11,823 bases of DNA, from the NCBI GenBank assembly GCA_043804695.1, contig JAZDIV010000075.1:1-11823 (forward strand), in the 5' to 3' direction. The notes beneath the pieces were generated by a model. That model was not told the DNA's origin and made no database searches. It saw only the letters and a list, made by a program, of their open reading frames with translations. Source of the DNA: PVC group bacterium (GTDB lineage: Bacteria; Auribacterota; Erginobacteria; Erginobacterales; Erginobacteraceae). The first letter of the stretch is position 1. Each line of letters begins with the position of its first letter. Positions 1-9,265 of this stretch are shown here, one piece after another. The position numbers and the translations under genes were made by a program.

Positions 1-147
1 TGTTCCGATCAGTCGAACTTCAGGGCATTTATCCGGTGTGAAACAGTTCTGAAGGCAGCAGAAAATGAAATCATTGCAAGCAAACCATCACTGGAATGAC
101 ACAAACAAGCTGCCTGATTTTTTAAAGAGCTAAAGTGTTACCAATAA

Positions 148-174
148 TCGTATTTTTCCTCCGGAAAAATACGA
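148..174. other. Perfect 12-bp inverted repeat
   Basis: tcgtatttttcc-tcc-ggaaaaatacga; no following U-tract on either strand. Confidence 0.7.
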
Positions 175-217
175 ACGTGCAAATATTGAACCGACATTGC
201 AGTGATATTTTAAAGAT

Positions 218-244
218 AATTCGTGTAATTCGCGTAATTCGTAG
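218..244. repeat. 9-nt period repeat AATTCGYGT x3, with a second copy at 4188-4214
   Basis: aattcgtgt aattcgcgt aattcgtag versus aattcgcgc aatttgtgt aattcgtag. Confidence 0.8.
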
Positions 245-285
245 TTTTATTTAGTCGCCCGAACGAAGTGAGGGCTAAGTTCTAG

Positions 286-1236
286 ATGAAGGCGCTGGTA
301 TTTGACCGGACACTGGAGCTGAAAGACGTCCCCATCCCGGAACGGAAGCCCGGCGAGGCCCTGATCCGGGTCCATCTGTCCGGGATCTGCAACACCGACA
401 TCGAGATCACGAAAGGATACATGGGATTCTCCGGGATCCCCGGCCACGAGTTTGTCGGGAGGGTCGAGAAGTCCGATGACCCCGGGCTGATCGGGCGGCG
501 GGTGGTAGGCGAGATCAACACCGGGTGCGGGAGATGCCGGTGGTGCCGCCGGGGGCTGGAACGGCACTGCCCGGACCGGACGGTTCTCGGCATCGTCCGG
601 CGGAACGGAGCTTTCGCGGAGTTCCTGGTCCTCCCCGACCGGAACCTTCTTCCCGTCCCGGATGAACTTTCCGATGACCTGGCCGTCTTCACGGAGCCGC
701 TGGCAGCAGCGGTCGAGATCGGGGAGCAGATCCACCTGGATCCCTCCGCCTCGATCTGCGTCATCGGCGACGGCAAGCTGGGGATCCTGGCCGCCTGGAC
801 CCTGGGCCTGTTTTGCCCGGACCTGACCGTCCTCGGGAGGCATCCGGAGCGGGCCCCCCTCCTCGTTGAGAAAGGACTCCGGTGGACCCGGTCCCTGAAG
901 GACCGGAAGGCCACATTCGACATCGTGGTGGAGTCGTCCGGCTCGCCCGCCGCCTGGGATCTCGCCGTCGGCTTGACCCGCCCCCGGGGGACAATCGTGC
1001 TCAAGAGCACCGTGGCCGCGGGACGGGAAACGAACCTCTCCCCCCTGGTCGTCAACGAGATTACGGTCGTGGGATCACGCTGCGGCCTCTTCCAGCCGGC
1101 ACTCAATCTCCTGGAAAAAGGCCTCGTCGACCCCTCCCCTCTGATCGACTCCCGGTATGACCTCGCCGATTACGCCGCAGCCTTCGATCGGGCGCGGTCT
1201 CATACCCTGAAAGTGCTTCTCGGGATGCCGCAGTGA
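286..1236 (+). CDS. Zn-dependent alcohol dehydrogenase, MDR superfamily (substrate unknown)
   Basis: GICNTD catalytic Cys, GHE motif, structural-Zn cluster CGRCRWCRRGLERHC, TEPLA, Rossmann motif IGDGKLG; 316 aa. Confidence 0.93.
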   Translation: MKALVFDRTLELKDVPIPERKPGEALIRVHLSGICNTDIEITKGYMGFSGIPGHEFVGRVEKSDDPGLIGRRVVGEINTGCGRCRWCRRGLERHCPDRTVLGIVRRNGAFAEFLVLPDRNLLPVPDELSDDLAVFTEPLAAAVEIGEQIHLDPSASICVIGDGKLGILAAWTLGLFCPDLTVLGRHPERAPLLVEKGLRWTRSLKDRKATFDIVVESSGSPAAWDLAVGLTRPRGTIVLKSTVAAGRETNLSPLVVNEITVVGSRCGLFQPALNLLEKGLVDPSPLIDSRYDLADYAAAFDRARSHTLKVLLGMPQ

Positions 1237-1359
1237 CGGGAACTTTACGAAAAATATATCGCATTATCCCGCCAAATTAAGGTATATGATTCTTGAATAT
1301 TCCATATATAGGTGATTTTATAGAATCAGGGTCATGAAAAACCAGGGAATGATTTAACC

Positions 1360-1510
1360 TGGGATATCGGAATGTTGGAGTAATGGACTAGCTGTTTTCG
1401 CCGCCATAAACATCTACTACACCGGCTAATCCGGGAAAAATCGAGCCTGGTAATCCGGGGTCAGGCGGTCTTCCATCACTCCATTATTCCAGTATCCCAT
1501 TACTCCAGTA
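1360..1510. repeat. 8-nt period repeats forming inverted arms
   Basis: 1360-1387 (tgggatat cggaatgt tggagtaa tgga) is the reverse complement of 1472-1499 at 23/28 positions. Confidence 0.8.
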
Positions 1511-1564
1511 AGCTTGAGTGCTCTTGCTGTCGGGAAACGTGAAACATTGGAGGAACATATACAC

Positions 1565-2554
1565 ATGATGTTGACCGGATTCAAAGGACGATCCCTGCTG
1601 ACGCTGCGGGAGTTTACACCCGGGGAGATCGATACTCTCCTCCGGTTCTCCATCGCTCTGAAACGGGAGAAGGCCGCCGGGACGCGGAAGAAGCGGCTGG
1701 AAGGGAAAAACATCGCTCTCATCTTCGAGAAGCCGTCCACCCGGACCCGATGCGCCTTTGTGGTGGCCGCCTGCGATGAGGGAGCCCACCCGGAGTATCT
1801 GGGCAAGAGCGACATCCAGCTCGGGAAAAAGGAGACCGTCAAGGATACCGCCCGGGTCCTGGGAAGGCTGTTCGACGGCATCCAGTTCCGCGGCTTCCAG
1901 CACGAAACCGTCGAGGAACTGGCCCGGTTTTCCGGGGTGCCGGTCTGGAACGGCCTTACCGACCGTTTTCACCCCACCCAGGCGCTGGCCGACCTGATGA
2001 CCATCCTCGAGCGCAAGGGGGAACTCCGGGGGGTAGGACTGGCTTATGTCGGTGACGGACGGAACAACGTGGCCAACTCCCTGATGCTGGCCGCCGCCAG
2101 CATGGGGATGAACTGCCGGATTGTCGCCCCGGAGCCCCTTTTCCCCGCAGAGGAGCTGGTGAGGGAAGCCCGGCTGGCGGCCGGAGTGCGGGGCGGAACC
2201 GTCACCATCACTGCGGATATCGACGAAGGAGTCGCGGGGGCCGAGGTCGTGTACACCGATGTCTGGGCATCTATGGGCGAGGAAGACGCGATCATGGAGC
2301 GGATCCGCCTCCTCTCGCCCTACCGCCTCGACAGCCGTCTTATGGAGAGGACCGGCCGGACCGACGCGCTTTTCATGCACTGCCTCCCCTCCTTTCACAA
2401 TGCCGACACCGATGTCTCCCGGGAGAATCCCGGGATCTGCGAAACGACCGACGACGTCTTCGAAAGCGCCGGTTCGGTTGTCTTTGACCAGGCGGAGAAC
2501 CGGATGCACACCATCAAGGCGGTCATGGTCGCCACCTTGACGGGGAGCGATTAA
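1565..2554 (+). CDS. argF: Ornithine carbamoyltransferase (ArgF/ArcB type)
   Basis: STRTR carbamoyl-phosphate motif, HPTQ, DVWASMG and HCLP motifs. GGAGG at 1549-1553 precedes ATG 1565 (alternative ATG 1568); the track start at 1514 is probably too far upstream. Confidence 0.95.
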   Translation: MMLTGFKGRSLLTLREFTPGEIDTLLRFSIALKREKAAGTRKKRLEGKNIALIFEKPSTRTRCAFVVAACDEGAHPEYLGKSDIQLGKKETVKDTARVLGRLFDGIQFRGFQHETVEELARFSGVPVWNGLTDRFHPTQALADLMTILERKGELRGVGLAYVGDGRNNVANSLMLAAASMGMNCRIVAPEPLFPAEELVREARLAAGVRGGTVTITADIDEGVAGAEVVYTDVWASMGEEDAIMERIRLLSPYRLDSRLMERTGRTDALFMHCLPSFHNADTDVSRENPGICETTDDVFESAGSVVFDQAENRMHTIKAVMVATLTGSD

Positions 2555-2601
2555 AGTTTTGCATTGTAATGGCGCTGGTCGTGACCGGTGCATGCCGGCA
2601 G

Positions 2602-2631
2602 TTGACAGAAGAGAGGGTCATCCGGTACTGT
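2602..2631 (+). promoter_or_regulatory. Candidate sigma70 promoter for the OprD-family gene
   Basis: Perfect TTGACA (2602-2607), 18-nt spacer, TACTGT (2626-2631) retaining the conserved T, A and final T. Confidence 0.4.
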
Positions 2632-2708
2632 CCCCTCCGGATTAAGCGGTGCAACCTTCAACCGGATCGTTGTCTCTTATGGCGGGAGCTTTCTCAACCT
2701 AGGAAGCT

Positions 2709-3998
2709 ATGACCGGAGTATCCTACAAAAGGGTCTTTTCCCTGATCGCGGTCTGCTCCGCCGCCACCGCAGGCCTCCACCGGGCCCACGCCGGTTCCCC
2801 TCTGGATCCATTTATCAACGGGGCATTTCACGGGAAGTTCCGGACCTATTATATCAATCGTGAGTTCAACAAGATCGGGGGAGAGCCCGAGCGCCGGATC
2901 CAGGAGAGCCTGGCGGCCGGCGGGTGGCTGGGCTATGAGACTGCAGCCTGGTCCGGTCTCAGCCTGGGGGCGGTGATCTACACCTCCCAGGGGGTCCTGG
3001 TCAACAACCCCAACTTCGGCGGGGGCGGGATCCTGGGGCCGGATAACGAAAGCTACAGCTCCCTCGGGCAGGCCTACCTTCAGTACCTTCTCAAAAATAC
3101 CACGCTCCGGCTCTACCGGCAGGGTATCAACTCCCCCTTCATCAACGACTACGACACCAAGATGACCCCCCGCACCTGGGAGGCATACACTCTGTATAAT
3201 CGCGACATTCCGGACGTCACGCTGACCACCTCTTTTATCCGCCAGATCAAGGGCTGGTACGAAACCGATTTCCAGTACATGGGCGAGTTCGCAAACAATA
3301 ACGGAACCTACCAGGTGACCAAAACCAATATTCCCGTGTCTCTGGCCGGGGCGGTCTGGACGCCGGCCGATAATTACAAGTTCCAGCTCTGGGATTACTT
3401 CGCTTACGAGTATTTTAACGGTGCCTATCTGCAGGGAAATGCTTCCTGGCCGCTGACTGACGACGGACTCTCTCTGGGGCTGGCTCTCCAGGGATGGACA
3501 CAGCGCTCCGCGGGCGAGGAGGTCGGGGGTGATTTCAGCACCTGTTTCGGGGGGGGAGAGATTGACCTCGGCTGGAAGTGCTGGACGATCAGCCTGATCT
3601 ATACCGTCACCGACCGGGGTTCCCGCGTGGTCAACCCCTGGGGGAACTCCTTCAGCTTCGCCTCCATCTTCGAGGAGGATTTTGACTATGCCGGTGAGGA
3701 GGCCTTCGTGGTGGGGCTGGAGTACGATTTCTCGGAGACGCTGCTCGATGGGCTGACGGCATCGGTCTATGTCTGCAACGGCGACACCCCGGCCTCCGGG
3801 CCCGGCGCGACGCCGAGCCAGAAAGAGTATGATTTTTTTATCAAGTACCGCCCGGATCCCGACCTCGAGGGACTGCACCTGAAGATCGAGGGAGCGGTCG
3901 TTGATACCGAGCAGTCGTTCCCCGAGGGCGAGGACTATCACGATATCCGTTTTATCTTCAACTATGACTTCGGCTTCGGGATCAAGCCGAAGACCTGA
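2709..3998 (+). CDS. OprD/Occ-family outer membrane porin
   Basis: Signal peptide ending AHA; family-like segments GKFRTYYINR, GGWLGYET, LGQAYLQY, RQGINSPFINDYDTKMTPRTWEAY; terminal strand IRFIFNYDF; AGGAAG upstream. Confidence 0.82.
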   Translation: MTGVSYKRVFSLIAVCSAATAGLHRAHAGSPLDPFINGAFHGKFRTYYINREFNKIGGEPERRIQESLAAGGWLGYETAAWSGLSLGAVIYTSQGVLVNNPNFGGGGILGPDNESYSSLGQAYLQYLLKNTTLRLYRQGINSPFINDYDTKMTPRTWEAYTLYNRDIPDVTLTTSFIRQIKGWYETDFQYMGEFANNNGTYQVTKTNIPVSLAGAVWTPADNYKFQLWDYFAYEYFNGAYLQGNASWPLTDDGLSLGLALQGWTQRSAGEEVGGDFSTCFGGGEIDLGWKCWTISLIYTVTDRGSRVVNPWGNSFSFASIFEEDFDYAGEEAFVVGLEYDFSETLLDGLTASVYVCNGDTPASGPGATPSQKEYDFFIKYRPDPDLEGLHLKIEGAVVDTEQSFPEGEDYHDIRFIFNYDFGFGIKPKT

Positions 3999-4010
3999 TA
4001 ATAAAGAATG

Positions 4011-4162
4011 AACGTCCAACATCCAACGTCAAACATCCAACGATTTGTAGGGGCGAACCCCCGTGTTCGCCCGGTGGTGATAAAAATAACGCCCAATATC
4101 AAACACCGAACACCGAACATTGAACATCGAACATCGAACGTCGAACGTCCAGCATTGAACAT
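4011..4162. repeat. Degenerate heptamer arrays (AACRTCS)
   Basis: About 4.5 units at 4011-4042 and about 10 units at 4095-4162. Confidence 0.88.
4047..4072 (+). repeat. GTAG-tagged REP-like palindrome
   Basis: GTAG followed by stem gggcgaac/gttcgccc with a 6-nt loop. Confidence 0.75.
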
Positions 4163-4250
4163 AAGGGGGATGAAAAGTCGGGGAAACAATTCGCGCAATT
4201 TGTGTAATTCGTAGTTCTTTTAAGGAGGGTAAGGGTACCCTTAGTGTTAA

Positions 4251-5876
<1,626 letters not shown>

Positions 5877-5888
5877 GAAAAGAACGAC

Positions 5889-5978
5889 CATCGAACGTTC
5901 AACGTTCAACGAACCGGATGGGAAAAGCATGAACGTCCCACATCAGTCTGATCCGTCGGATCCGACCAATCCGTCTGA
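5889..5978. repeat. Heptamer (aacgttc) and nonamer (tccgtcNga) degenerate arrays
   Basis: aacgttc x2 at 5894-5907; tcagtctga tccgtcgga tccgaccaa tccgtctga at 5943-5978. Confidence 0.8.
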
Positions 5979-6034
5979 TAGATTATTTAATAAACTGCAT
6001 GATTAACGGTAAAATCCAAACCAGGAGGTATGCC

Positions 6035-7501
6035 ATGCCGGAAGACATCGCTGTAAAAATGGGACGGGACGCGGCCGGAGGACTGGGCGCCAAGAAGTAC
6101 AAGGGCCTGGTCTATGTCGTCGCCTTCACCGCCGCCCTGGCCGGTCTCCTCTTCGGCCTCGACATCGGGGTCATCTCGGGAGCGTTGAAATTTATCGCCA
6201 AGGCGTTCTCGGCCACCACCCTTCAGCAGGAGTGGGTGGTCAGTTCGCTCCTCTGGGGAGCGGTGCTGGGGACACTTCTCAGCGGGGCAATCTCCAAGAG
6301 GTACGGGAGGAAGAATACCATTCTCCTGTCGGCGGTGATCTTCGCCCTGGGAGCGATCCTCTCCATGCTCTCCCAGTCAATCGGGATTCTGATCGGCTGC
6401 CGGGTCTTTCTGGGGCTGGCGGTGGGGATGGCGTCATTCACCGCTCCGCTTTACCTCTCGGAGATCGCGCCCCGGGGAATCCGCGGCGCCCTGATTTCGA
6501 TGTACCAGCTGATGATCACGATCGGGATCGTCCTCGCCTTCCTGAGCGACACTTTCTTCTCCACCTATTTCAAATACCACGGTGAGGCCGGCGGACACTG
6601 GCGGATCATGCTCGGGATCCTGGTCATTCCGGCGACCATCATGTTCATCGGGGTCTTCTTTCTCCCCGAGAGTCCCCGCTGGCTGCTTCTGAAAGGCAGG
6701 AAAAAGGCCGCCGAGCGGGTGCTGCACCGGGTCAGGTCAACCGAGGAAGAGATCGTCCAGGAAGTGGCGGAGATCGAGGCCAACCTGGAGCAGGAACAGG
6801 CCGGCTGGAAGATGTTCAAGAGAAACAAAAATTTCCGCCGGGCGGTCTTTCTCGGGATCGGTCTTCAGATCATTCAGCAGCTGACCGGGATCAACGTGGT
6901 CATGTACTACGCGCCGAAGATATTCCAGGCCGCGGGATTCGCCGGCACCGCCCAGCAGATGTGGGGAACGGTCCTGGTGGGGGTGATCAACGTCCTGGCC
7001 ACCTTCATCGCCATCGCTTTCGTGGATCGGTGGGGCCGCCGGCCGATCATGTACACCGGCTTCGTTGTCATGGGCATATCCATGTGCATCGTCGGCATCG
7101 CCATGCCCGACCAGGCCCAGCTGGCCGCGGCCGCCGGACAGATCCCGACCCGCGCCTTTATCTCCATCGCGGGGCTTCTCACCTTCATCATCGGTTTTGC
7201 CGCCAGCGCCGGGCCGATCATCTGGGTGATCTGCTCCGAGATCTACCCGCTCTCCGGACGCGACTTCGGCATCACCTGCAGCACGGCCACCAACTGGATC
7301 GCCAACGGGATCGTCGGTCTGACCTTTCTCTCGCTTCTGCAGGGGATCGGCCCCACGGCCACCTTCCTGCTCTATGGAGGAATCGAGGTGCTCTTTATCA
7401 TCTTCTTCCTGTTCTGGGTACCGGAGACGAAGGACGTTTCCCTGGAGAAGATCGCTCAGAACCTGCTCGCGGGGAAGAAGCTTCGGGATATCGGCCGTTA
7501 A
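6035..7501 (+). CDS. galP: Sugar porter family MFS transporter (GalP/AraE-like sugar:H+ symporter)
   Basis: LLFGLDIGVISGAL, YLSEIAP, PESPRWL, QQLTGINVVMYYAP, DRWGRRP, PETK motifs. AGGAGG at 6023-6028 before ATG 6035; adjacent to galK. Confidence 0.9.
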   Translation: MPEDIAVKMGRDAAGGLGAKKYKGLVYVVAFTAALAGLLFGLDIGVISGALKFIAKAFSATTLQQEWVVSSLLWGAVLGTLLSGAISKRYGRKNTILLSAVIFALGAILSMLSQSIGILIGCRVFLGLAVGMASFTAPLYLSEIAPRGIRGALISMYQLMITIGIVLAFLSDTFFSTYFKYHGEAGGHWRIMLGILVIPATIMFIGVFFLPESPRWLLLKGRKKAAERVLHRVRSTEEEIVQEVAEIEANLEQEQAGWKMFKRNKNFRRAVFLGIGLQIIQQLTGINVVMYYAPKIFQAAGFAGTAQQMWGTVLVGVINVLATFIAIAFVDRWGRRPIMYTGFVVMGISMCIVGIAMPDQAQLAAAAGQIPTRAFISIAGLLTFIIGFAASAGPIIWVICSEIYPLSGRDFGITCSTATNWIANGIVGLTFLSLLQGIGPTATFLLYGGIEVLFIIFFLFWVPETKDVSLEKIAQNLLAGKKLRDIGR

Positions 7502-7545
7502 TTTTTCTCCCCTCCAGCGGAAACGCTGGAGGGAAGAAAAATTAA
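7498..7545. other. Long GAAA-tetraloop hairpin between galP and galK
   Basis: 22-bp stem with one mismatch; core ccctccagcg-gaaa-cgctggaggg. Confidence 0.8.
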
Positions 7546-7580
7546 TTACGAAATTGCTCCACAGGCGTTGATTTTTCGCA

Positions 7581-8732
7581 ATGGAGAAGGGGCAAATCAT
7601 ACAGCGGTTCAACCGGCATTTTGCCGGAATACCCCGCGTCTTCGCTGCCCCGGGGCGGGTCAACCTGATCGGTGAGCACACCGATTACAATGACGGCTTC
7701 GTCCTCCCGATGGCTCTCGAGTATATGACAGCCGTTGCCGTCTACCCCCGCTCCGACCGGATGGTGGAGTCGCATTCGGTGAACCTGGACGACTCGGTCG
7801 TCTTCTCCCTGGACGAGAACGATCACCGACGCGGCCACTGGTCGGATTACATTGCCGGTGTGGCCCGGGTGCTGGAGCTCTCCGGCTTTCGCATGCCCGG
7901 AGCGGATCTCCTGATCGAGAGCACTGTTCCCGTCGGGGCCGGCCTTTCCTCATCCGCCGCACTCGAGGTCGCCACGGCCCTGGCTTTTCTCTCCACCGTC
8001 AATGGAGAATGTGCCCCGGAAGAACTGGCAAAGCTCTGCCGGCGGGCGGAGAACGAGTTTGTGGGGATGAACTGCGGGATCATGGACCAGTTCATCTCCG
8101 TCTGCGGGAAAAAGGGCCATGCCCTTTTCCTGGACTGCCGGTCGCTCGATTACCGGCAGGTTCCTCTCCCTTCCGACCGGGTTTCCGTGGTCGTCGGCAA
8201 CACTATGGTGAAGCACGAACTCTCCGGATCGGAGTACAACCGGCGGCGCGCCGAGTGCGAGGAAGGGGTGGCACTCCTCCGGGATATCTATCCCTCCATC
8301 ACCGCCCTCCGTGACGTCTCGCCGGAAGAACTGGCGGAGTGCGAAGGATCGCTCCCGGAGACCGTCAGGAAGCGATGCCGACACGTCATCACCGAGGACA
8401 GGCGGGTCCTGAACTCGGTGGCGGCGCTGGAGGAGGGCGACCTGGAACGGTTCGGCTCCCTGATGAACGCCTCCCACGAGAGCCTCCGGGACGACTACCA
8501 GGTGAGCTGCGGGGAGCTGGACATCATGGTCGAACTGGCCCGACAGGTCCCCGGATGCCTGGGCGCCCGGATGACCGGTGGCGGCTTCGGCGGCTGCACC
8601 GTCAACCTGGTCGTGGTCAAGGCGGTCGATGATTTCCGCTCGGCCGTTCGTGATGGCTACCGGAAGGCCGTCGGCCGGGAGCCCGAGATCTATGTTTCGT
8701 CCCCCGCCGACGGCGCCCGGGAACTACCATAG
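7581..8732 (+). CDS. galK: Galactokinase
   Basis: GRVNLIGEHTDYN signature, PVGAGLSSSAA (GHMP ATP loop), CGIMDQF, GARMTGGGFGGC. Confidence 0.97.
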   Translation: MEKGQIIQRFNRHFAGIPRVFAAPGRVNLIGEHTDYNDGFVLPMALEYMTAVAVYPRSDRMVESHSVNLDDSVVFSLDENDHRRGHWSDYIAGVARVLELSGFRMPGADLLIESTVPVGAGLSSSAALEVATALAFLSTVNGECAPEELAKLCRRAENEFVGMNCGIMDQFISVCGKKGHALFLDCRSLDYRQVPLPSDRVSVVVGNTMVKHELSGSEYNRRRAECEEGVALLRDIYPSITALRDVSPEELAECEGSLPETVRKRCRHVITEDRRVLNSVAALEEGDLERFGSLMNASHESLRDDYQVSCGELDIMVELARQVPGCLGARMTGGGFGGCTVNLVVVKAVDDFRSAVRDGYRKAVGREPEIYVSSPADGARELP

Positions 8733-8822
8733 CCGCTAAAACGAAGTCCCGAGGAGTCCGGAACGAGCTTTTTTCGGGAGGCGCAAAAGGCAAAAAATTA
8801 AGGGATCTGTGATAGCGGGGAG

Positions 8823-8850
8823 GAATGACGATACTCGAATGACGAAATCC
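8823..8850. repeat. Heptamer array GAATGAC/GAAATCC
   Basis: gaatgac gatactc gaatgac gaaatcc. Confidence 0.55.
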
Positions 8851-9050
8851 GAAAGAACTTCAAATTCCTAAATACAGAGAGGAAGTACTTGGTAATGAAG
8901 AATCAGTTCATTATGCTGTCGCTGAACATGATACCTTGATGCAAACTGAATTGTGGACAGAGTAGCATGACAAATACCCCTCGACTTTTGTTGTTTTTTT
9001 CTCGAAATCGGGTAAAATAGTTACTAGTCAGTCCATAATTGTATAGACAT

Positions 9051-9128
9051 GTCATTGCGAGGAGCGAAGCGACGAAGCAATCTCAACTTTATGCACAACA
9101 AGAGATTGCTTCGCTTCGCTGCTATGAC
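9051..9128. repeat. CGTC/TGTC-tagged REP-like palindromic element
   Basis: gtcattgcgaggagcgaagcgacgaagcaatctc ... gagattgcttcgcttcgctgctatgac; perfect 12-bp inner stem 9073-9084/9102-9113 with near-complementary termini. Confidence 0.85.
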
Positions 9129-9265
9129 CGCAATTGTTGATGTTAATATTACAACGGTCGGATTAATAACTGATGCCAGCATTTCTTTCACAACTTATCG
9201 GATATTCATTTTTAACCGGTTTTTACGTTTTAAATGACCGGAATTTTTTCTGAAAGGAGGAGGAG

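Noticed and set aside
1..99. Possible 3' end of an upstream CDS (frame 1 open to TGA at 97-99)
   Set aside because: Too short, with no recognisable motif.
1285..1312. Possible ARG box upstream of argF
   Set aside because: Only a TGAAT half-site in AT-rich DNA; poor palindrome.
3962..4214. ORFs 4008-4214 (+) and 3962-4198 (-)
   Set aside because: Translations of the heptamer arrays and the REP element.
4221..4228. Strong Shine-Dalgarno TAAGGAGG suggesting a leader peptide
   Set aside because: No start codon at a suitable spacing.
8740..8785. Terminator after galK
   Set aside because: Only a weak, interrupted stem.
8991..9018. Promoter TTGTTT-16-TAAAAT for the surface protein gene
   Set aside because: Weak -35 in an AT-rich region; cannot be distinguished from chance.
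9049..9237. 62-aa ORF MSLRGAKRRSNL...
   Set aside because: Translation of the REP-like palindrome; no RBS.
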